A DNA stretch of 64,000 nt from Candidatus Pacearchaeota archaeon (GTDB taxonomy: Archaea; Nanobdellota; Nanobdellia; Pacearchaeales; UBA284), in the NCBI GenBank assembly GCA_038886195.1, contig JAVZYK010000001.1, positions 529,106 to 593,105 of the forward strand, read 5' to 3'. Below, one piece after another: positions 58,293 through 64,000 of this stretch. The translations under genes were made by a program, and so were the position numbers. Position 1 is the first letter of the stretch; the number at the start of each line of letters is the position of its first letter. Below the pieces are notes generated by a model. The model did no database searches, was not told the DNA's origin, and was given only the letters and a program-made list of their open reading frames with translations.

Positions 58293-59210
58293 ATGGAAAG
58301 AAAGGTTTTTGTTGCAGTTGTTTTGACTTTGATATTGGTTTTACTTTTTGTTTCTGGACAACAAGGATGCAAAAAAGAAGAAAAAACAACTTTTAATACA
58401 ACTGCTTTGATTGTTAAATTTATAGACGATGCCCCTCCAGTTCAGCTTGTTCCTGGAGAAAAGTACAGAATTTACGCAGAAGTAAAAAATTTAGGAGGAT
58501 ATGATGTAAATCCTGGAAATGCTCATTTTTTCTTAAGCGGCATAGGTGAAAATCTTAAGAATGTTAATTTACATTTGCAAAATAGCAATTTGTTAAACAA
58601 AAAAACAACGATGCAGGAAGGAGGTAAAGAACAAATAATATTTACTAATAATGCTGAAGTTAGTGAGAAGTTGAGTAGTTTGCCAGCTCCTTTTAATTTT
58701 AATATGAGGTTGGATTCTTGTTATAAATACGCAACAATAACTCAGACAGAAGTTTGTGTTGGTAGAGGAGATAATATTTGCAGTATAGCTGGAGAGAAAA
58801 TTGTTAGTGGAAGCAATAGCGCAGCCCCTTTACAAGTTACTAGTCTGAAGGAAAGCGTCCAAGGCAATAAACTATATGTTACATTTTTGATAGAAAATAA
58901 AGGGAATGGCGAAGTATATTTGCCAAATGCGGATTGTGTTAAAATACAAGAACAAAACATTGATGAGAAGTTGAAACAAAACAAAGTTGAATTAGCAATA
59001 GAAGCAGAAGAAGGTTTTAGTTGTAAGCTTCAGTCAACACAGCCTCCTTATGGAACTATAGATAGTTTAAATGGAATAGCTTCTATAGGAACTATAACTT
59101 GTCAAAAAACTTTGACAGAAACCACAGGGCATAAAATACCTTTTAGAATTGTTTTATCATATGTTTATAGAGAAAGTATAACTAAAGGATTAACGATATT
59201 GCCTCCTTAA
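58293..59210 (+). CDS. Secreted/lipoprotein-like protein, paralog B
   Basis: Signal 'VVLTLILVLLFVSGQQGCKKEEK'. Shared features with paralog A are the 'FVSGQ[EQ]GC' motif immediately after the signal-peptide helix, a beta-rich Cys-containing body, and similar length. Confidence 0.4.
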   Translation: MERKVFVAVVLTLILVLLFVSGQQGCKKEEKTTFNTTALIVKFIDDAPPVQLVPGEKYRIYAEVKNLGGYDVNPGNAHFFLSGIGENLKNVNLHLQNSNLLNKKTTMQEGGKEQIIFTNNAEVSEKLSSLPAPFNFNMRLDSCYKYATITQTEVCVGRGDNICSIAGEKIVSGSNSAAPLQVTSLKESVQGNKLYVTFLIENKGNGEVYLPNADCVKIQEQNIDEKLKQNKVELAIEAEEGFSCKLQSTQPPYGTIDSLNGIASIGTITCQKTLTETTGHKIPFRIVLSYVYRESITKGLTILPP

Positions 59211-59325
59211 CTATTTTAAAATGTTAGAATTCTTTAAAAGAATAATTCCTCCTTGGAGCAAAATTTATATTTTAATAGTTTTTTTAGAATTAATTTATTT
59301 AAGAATCTATTTAGCTTAATTTCAA

Positions 59326-59640
59326 TTATTCTAACATTTCTATTTCAACATTAACATCTTTCGGAATCGGCAATCTCATTATGCTATGAAGAACCCGTTC
59401 ATCTGCTGGCAAGTCAATAAGCCTTTTATGGATTCTCATTTCAAATCTATCGAATGTAGCTTTACCATTACCGCATGGACTTTTTCTTGTGGTGATTTTT
59501 AGCCTTTTTGTTGGTAATGGAATAGGGCCTCTAAGAACTATGCCGCTTTTTGAAGCTATCTCTTTAATTGAGCTTATTATTTCATTCATTTTGTCTATAT
59601 CTATACTTGCTAGCTTTATTCTTGTGCGTGCCATTTTCAA
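59326..59640 (-). CDS. rps10: 30S ribosomal protein S10 (uS10)
   Basis: 'ARTRIKLASIDIDKMNEI...IVLRGPIPLPTKRLKITTRKSPCGNGKATFDRFEMRIHKRLIDL'. Confidence 0.85.
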   Translation of the reverse strand: MKMARTRIKLASIDIDKMNEIISSIKEIASKSGIVLRGPIPLPTKRLKITTRKSPCGNGKATFDRFEMRIHKRLIDLPADERVLHSIMRLPIPKDVNVEIEMLE

Positions 59641-59771
59641 ATATTGAAAAAATAAATATGGAGCCTATAAAAAGGTTGCGATTCCAATAACAATCTTAAA
59701 AAAATTAAAATTTATAAAAATTTATAAACTTTATAAACTATTAGATTTTATTAATTTAAGAAATTTAGAAA

Positions 59772-62700
59772 ATGGGAAAAGAGGTAAAAGAAAAAACAAT
59801 TATTTTTTTTATGATCCTTTTTATAATTTTAGCTATAATTTTAATTTTCATTGGTTTTATCAATTTAAAGCCCCATTTTACTGGCAAAGCAATTTCAGTT
59901 GAAAAAGAAAGCTTTGTTATTAGTGAACCAATTAAAGGAACTTTTAATTTAGAATTAAAAGAAGGTGAACTAATTCCTTCAAACACCGAAGTAATTGTAA
60001 CTTTAAAAAAAGATAATAAAAAAATAGTTAAAGAGCTTTCATTGAAAGAACTTGTTGAAATATCAGATTTAAAGGTCGCAGAACAACAAGGAAAATTTTT
60101 TATAGAAAATAAAAAAATTGAAGGTGAAGGTTTTGGTTATGGTTGGCCAGGTCATTATATCGTTTATCCTAATGTTTACTTTCAGTTAAAAGTTTCTAAG
60201 ATTGCTGAAGAAAGTAAAAGTCAAGAAATTGAAGAGCCTTTACCTGAATTGCCTGTTGAACAAGAAGTTGAGCAAGAATCTCAAGAAATAATGTCAGAAC
60301 AAATTGAAGAAGAGCAATCTACAGAACAAGAATCTCAAAAAGAAACATCTCAATCAGAAGAAACAGAGCAATCCATGGAACAAACAGAACAATCTGCAGG
60401 GCAAAATTTAGTTTCAATAACAGCATCTGCTGTTTTTAAAATGATAAAATTCTTTGGGATCTGGAACAGTTTTGCTGTTCTCGAAGAAAATGGAAAATAT
60501 AAAATTATAGAGGCAAGTTGCTCTAATGAAAATCCTTTCTTTTATGATTTAAAAGAAAATGAAAAAGTTGAACTTGTTTCAGGAACCGTTCACACTGAAG
60601 ATAAGAAATTAAAAGACGATGAAGTCAATATTGAAATTAAAAATAATAAAGTTGAAGTTTCAACCAATTATTTCGAAAGCTTTGAAGGATTTGGCGAGGC
60701 TTATTTAAACAAAGAAAAACACTATTTTAGTTTTAATCTTGAAAAATTAAATTTAAAAACAGATGAACCAGGAACTTATGATTTAATTATAACTTTAGTC
60801 TATCGAGGCCAAGAATTGTTGCGAGAAAGTGAAGAGATAGAAATTTTGCCTGGGGCTATTACGATAAAAGTTATTGACAAAGAAGGCAATGTTGAAGACG
60901 AGATTGCTGTTAATAATACAAAAATCAAGTTAAAAATTGGCAAGATAAAAGTTGGACGCGAAATTGAACACGAGCTTGAAATTGAAAAAGAAAATTTAGG
61001 AATAACGGGCAGTGCAATCATCGAGCAACCACTGCCAGAATCAGAAATCAACTTTATTTCGATGCCGGAAGATGTCGTGATTCAGATTGACAAGGTTCCT
61101 GAATATCAGACAGAGGTTTTTGCTATAGAGCCAAGTAAAGACATTGAGATTGAAAGCGCGATAATAACTTTAGAAAAAACAACTGCACAGCCAATAGCAA
61201 GAATCTTGCAGTGTGATGAATGGGACATTGAAGAATTTAAGTGTAATGGCGAATGGAAAGATTCTGGTTTGGAGTTTTTGGATAATGGAACTCACGTTTC
61301 TTTTACAACAAACCACTTCACTGCTTACATAGGCGAAAGCAACATGACTTGTCCTTATTATGTTAATGAAGATGTTGTGCTTGTGAGCAACGTTTCTTGC
61401 AATGGCACTGCCTTTATAATCAATGCCGATGATGTTACGATTGATTGTCAAGGTTATACTATAAATTATGGCATAACAAGTTCTGGCTATGGAATAAGCA
61501 ATAATGGCTTTGATAACATTGCAATTAGAAATTGTGTTATTAATGGAGGCGATTATGCTGATAGTTCAATTTATCAGACAGGCTCTGCAGATAATTTTAC
61601 AATCATGAATAACAATCTTTATTCTACTGCCATTCATACTTTAGATTTGCGAGAGCCACATAACAGCTTTATTTACAATAATACAATTTATGGCCGCATT
61701 TACATTGAGACTGGCTCGAATAATATTTTTGAAGGAAATATTATTGAGGGCAATGACTACCAATACTTTGGCGGAACTGATTATGATATAATTAACAATA
61801 AATTTTATTCAGAATCGATAGAACTTGATACTTATTCTGTTTATTTTGCATACAACTATATTGAAGACGCTGTTTCAGACAATACTGGTAGTGCAGTTTA
61901 TTTGGCAAATCACGAGGGAGGAAACTATGTCATTTTCAACAACACAATTTTAGTTTATGCAGATGGTGATAAAGGAATATACTTGGATAGAGTAGTAGAA
62001 TTGGCCGAAACCAATATAAGTTATAATAACATAACAGCCTATTGCGATGCTTGTAAAGGCATTGTTATTGACTATCCTAGTAACGTTCATATTGAAAACA
62101 ACGCCATTGAGACTTTTGGCAGCGCAATTGAATGGACAATGGACGGCTTGAAAAATAGTTATGGTCTTGTGCTTCGTTATGCTAGCTCAGATGGTTTTAG
62201 ATATATAACTAATAATGCAATCACAACTCATGGCGTTGGAGCTTCTGGGATTTATCTTTATGAAACACGTAACTGGAACGGCCCCGGCAGGAATGTTTTC
62301 CGCGATAATTTCATAGTAACAGAAAAAGGCTACGGCTTTGAGATTAGCGGAGATTGTGACGATCCTTATTCAAGTTATCCGAGCGATATTGATACAAGCA
62401 ACTTAGTTGAAGGCAAACCAGTTTATTATTATTGTAATGTAAGCAATACTGAGATAAGTGACTTGGATGCAGGGCAAATTATGGTAGGGCAAACAGCGAC
62501 TTGGCCTAATCCTTCAAATTTCACTTTGAAAAATGTTGCTTCTGAAGATGGAATAATGCTTATTGACGGCGTTGAAGGTGTCAACATTACAGAATCAACC
62601 ATTAACACAAACAATCAAGAAGGCGTTGCTGCAATTTACATAAAATATGCGGGTGGCTCTAACATCTACAATAATGAATTAACAGGAAATTATTATGGAG

Positions 62701-64000
62701 TTTATGATGAAAGTGGCAATAACTATGTGCATGACAATAATATTTCAAATAACGAGTATGGCGTAGTAGAAAGAGAAGCGTCTTGGTCACAAATTTATTC
62801 TAATGTCATGGATTCAAATAATATTGCTGTATTACTAAACTCAACTTATTCAGGTGGCGGTGGTGGCGGTGGCACAAGTTATCATAATATATCTTTCAAC
62901 AACATTTCAGGCGGCAATTACGGAATTTATTTGAGCGACGAAGACAACAACATTGTTGAGGGGAATACTATCGATAATGTTGACTATGCTTTATACATTT
63001 ATGGCACTCGTTCTGAACAAACCGGAAACAATCAGATTTTAAATAACAATATAACTAATAGTAATGTTTATGATTTCTATACTTTATATTTAAACAATCC
63101 CGGATTCGGAGACGATATCATTACTAACTTAAAAACAGACAATGTTGTTTCTAGTTTGCTTGTTAGAAATATTGCATTAAAAGCAACAACAAGCCCTGCG
63201 CCTGATCCATCGGGATGGCAGAATATCGGCAAGTTTTTAGAAATAAACAACAATACAGAGAATTCTTGGCTGTTGTTAAACATAAGCTATCTTGATTCTG
63301 AAATTGGCTCGATAAATGAATCAACCTTGCGCTTGTGGAAATATAATGGTTCGTGGCATCAGGTTGATAGTGATGTTGATATTGACAATAATGTTGTTTA
63401 TATGAACAACGCTGAGCCGCCTTCTAGTGTTTATGCTGTGATGGGCGAAGGCGGCGCAATTGATGATGAAGCGCCTCGATATAGTCAAGACAATGACAAT
63501 TCAACTGGAAGCGTTGTTCAAGGCAAAACAGTTAAGGTTTATGTTTATTGGCAAGACAATGTTGGCTTGAGCCATGCAATTTTCAGAACAAATGAATCAG
63601 GAACGTGGCAAAATGTTTCTATATGTAGTTTTTCAGGCGCAAACGGATGGTGTAATGCAACTATTGACACGACAGGAGATGCAGGCAAAACAATCTGCTG
63701 GAACCAATATGCTAATGACACAAGCAATAACTGGAACACAACAATGTCAGAAACATTACATTGCTTCAGAGTCACCACTTCTGGCGGAGGCGGAGGTGGT
63801 GGCGGAGGAGCTTATTGTGGCGACGGAATCTGTAACAATAATGAAAACTGCACTACTTGTCCAGAAGATTGTCATAGTTGCGGTGACGGCTGCTGTAGTC
63901 CTGAATATGGTGAGAGTTACAGCAATTGTTGGCAAGATTGCTGCTATCCAGAAGGTGTCAATAGGCCTGTTTTGCCATTACATGTTTGCTGTCCTGGTTT
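59772..64000 (+). CDS. Giant secreted/membrane-anchored protein with parallel beta-helix (PbH1-like) repeats, 5' portion only (more than 1409 aa; runs off the window end)
   Basis: ATG at 59772 is followed by the signal anchor 'IIFFMILFIILAIILIFIGF'. Reading by eye, the frame stays open to nt 64000. An acidic E/Q/S-rich linker precedes many repeats of the form 'N..I.NN.I....GI.L' (e.g. 'IAIRNCVINGG', 'FTIMNNNLYST', 'YVIFNNTILVYADGDKGIYL', 'NNITAYCDACKGIVIDY'). Poly-Gly linkers (GGGGGGG) and a terminal Cys-rich segment 'YCGDGICNNNENCTTCPEDCHSCGDGCCSPEYG' follow. Absent from the ORF track because it has no in-window stop. Confidence 0.6.
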   Translation, partial: MGKEVKEKTIIFFMILFIILAIILIFIGFINLKPHFTGKAISVEKESFVISEPIKGTFNLELKEGELIPSNTEVIVTLKKDNKKIVKELSLKELVEISDLKVAEQQGKFFIENKKIEGEGFGYGWPGHYIVYPNVYFQLKVSKIAEESKSQEIEEPLPELPVEQEVEQESQEIMSEQIEEEQSTEQESQKETSQSEETEQSMEQTEQSAGQNLVSITASAVFKMIKFFGIWNSFAVLEENGKYKIIEASCSNENPFFYDLKENEKVELVSGTVHTEDKKLKDDEVNIEIKNNKVEVSTNYFESFEGFGEAYLNKEKHYFSFNLEKLNLKTDEPGTYDLIITLVYRGQELLRESEEIEILPGAITIKVIDKEGNVEDEIAVNNTKIKLKIGKIKVGREIEHELEIEKENLGITGSAIIEQPLPESEINFISMPEDVVIQIDKVPEYQTEVFAIEPSKDIEIESAIITLEKTTAQPIARILQCDEWDIEEFKCNGEWKDSGLEFLDNGTHVSFTTNHFTAYIGESNMTCPYYVNEDVVLVSNVSCNGTAFIINADDVTIDCQGYTINYGITSSGYGISNNGFDNIAIRNCVINGGDYADSSIYQTGSADNFTIMNNNLYSTAIHTLDLREPHNSFIYNNTIYGRIYIETGSNNIFEGNIIEGNDYQYFGGTDYDIINNKFYSESIELDTYSVYFAYNYIEDAVSDNTGSAVYLANHEGGNYVIFNNTILVYADGDKGIYLDRVVELAETNISYNNITAYCDACKGIVIDYPSNVHIENNAIETFGSAIEWTMDGLKNSYGLVLRYASSDGFRYITNNAITTHGVGASGIYLYETRNWNGPGRNVFRDNFIVTEKGYGFEISGDCDDPYSSYPSDIDTSNLVEGKPVYYYCNVSNTEISDLDAGQIMVGQTATWPNPSNFTLKNVASEDGIMLIDGVEGVNITESTINTNNQEGVAAIYIKYAGGSNIYNNELTGNYYGVYDESGNNYVHDNNISNNEYGVVEREASWSQIYSNVMDSNNIAVLLNSTYSGGGGGGGTSYHNISFNNISGGNYGIYLSDEDNNIVEGNTIDNVDYALYIYGTRSEQTGNNQILNNNITNSNVYDFYTLYLNNPGFGDDIITNLKTDNVVSSLLVRNIALKATTSPAPDPSGWQNIGKFLEINNNTENSWLLLNISYLDSEIGSINESTLRLWKYNGSWHQVDSDVDIDNNVVYMNNAEPPSSVYAVMGEGGAIDDEAPRYSQDNDNSTGSVVQGKTVKVYVYWQDNVGLSHAIFRTNESGTWQNVSICSFSGANGWCNATIDTTGDAGKTICWNQYANDTSNNWNTTMSETLHCFRVTTSGGGGGGGGGAYCGDGICNNNENCTTCPEDCHSCGDGCCSPEYGESYSNCWQDCCYPEGVNRPVLPLHVCCPG

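Noticed and set aside
1-64000. Mobile elements, prophage, rRNA genes.
   Set aside because: No transposase, integrase or terminal inverted repeats recognised. There are no long GC-rich structured regions resembling 16S/23S/5S. All four tRNAs have intact flanks and no obvious att-like duplication.

Overview
The window is AT-rich (roughly 30% GC), very gene-dense, and archaeal in character. It encodes RadA, TFB, Spt5, eIF2-alpha, aEF1-beta, tRNA-splicing endonuclease EndA, RNase Z, an Sm-like protein, ribosomal proteins L44e/S27e/S8e/S3Ae, and SRP54 plus FtsY. Cell division is FtsZ-based: ftsZ–secE–spt5 are adjacent, and no Cdv gene was identified.

The compact information-processing content, three large secreted proteins (two of them giant), and the absence of any recognisable biosynthetic pathway in 64 kb (only a GT2 glycosyltransferase) suggest a small-genome, DPANN-like symbiotic archaeon. 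That lineage call is an inference from content.

Housekeeping features:
- Four tRNAs. tRNA-Thr carries a canonical anticodon-loop intron; the others are Val, Leu and Gln.
- Replication and repair genes: RadA, an RPA-like ssDNA-binding protein, a Cas4-like PD-(D/E)XK nuclease, a GINS-like protein, and a RecJ/Cdc45-like DHH protein.
- Two translation-factor and ribosomal-protein operons.
- An FtsX/MacB-type ABC exporter.
- A processive GT2 glycosyltransferase.

The most unusual content is a dispersed type IV pilus-like system:
- a GspE/FlaI-family ATPase at 4049..6340;
- a cluster of at least six divergent genes with class III (prepilin-like) signal peptides at 11068..19357;
- a FlaJ/TadC-like platform protein at 20335..22500;
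- an A24 prepilin peptidase at 54874..55758.

This pilus system is combined with bacterial-type murein-hydrolase folds:
- an SLT/GH23 lytic transglycosylase domain fused to a pilin-like signal peptide (17004..18116);
- a 2454-aa secreted giant protein with an M23/LytM endopeptidase domain, a Cys-rich module and a coiled coil (37084..44448).

A second giant secreted protein, built of parallel beta-helix repeats, runs from 59772 off the end of the window and is absent from the ORF track. I interpret these together as a candidate pilus-coupled attachment and cell-wall-breaching apparatus. No CRISPR array, rRNA, transposase or integrase was seen.
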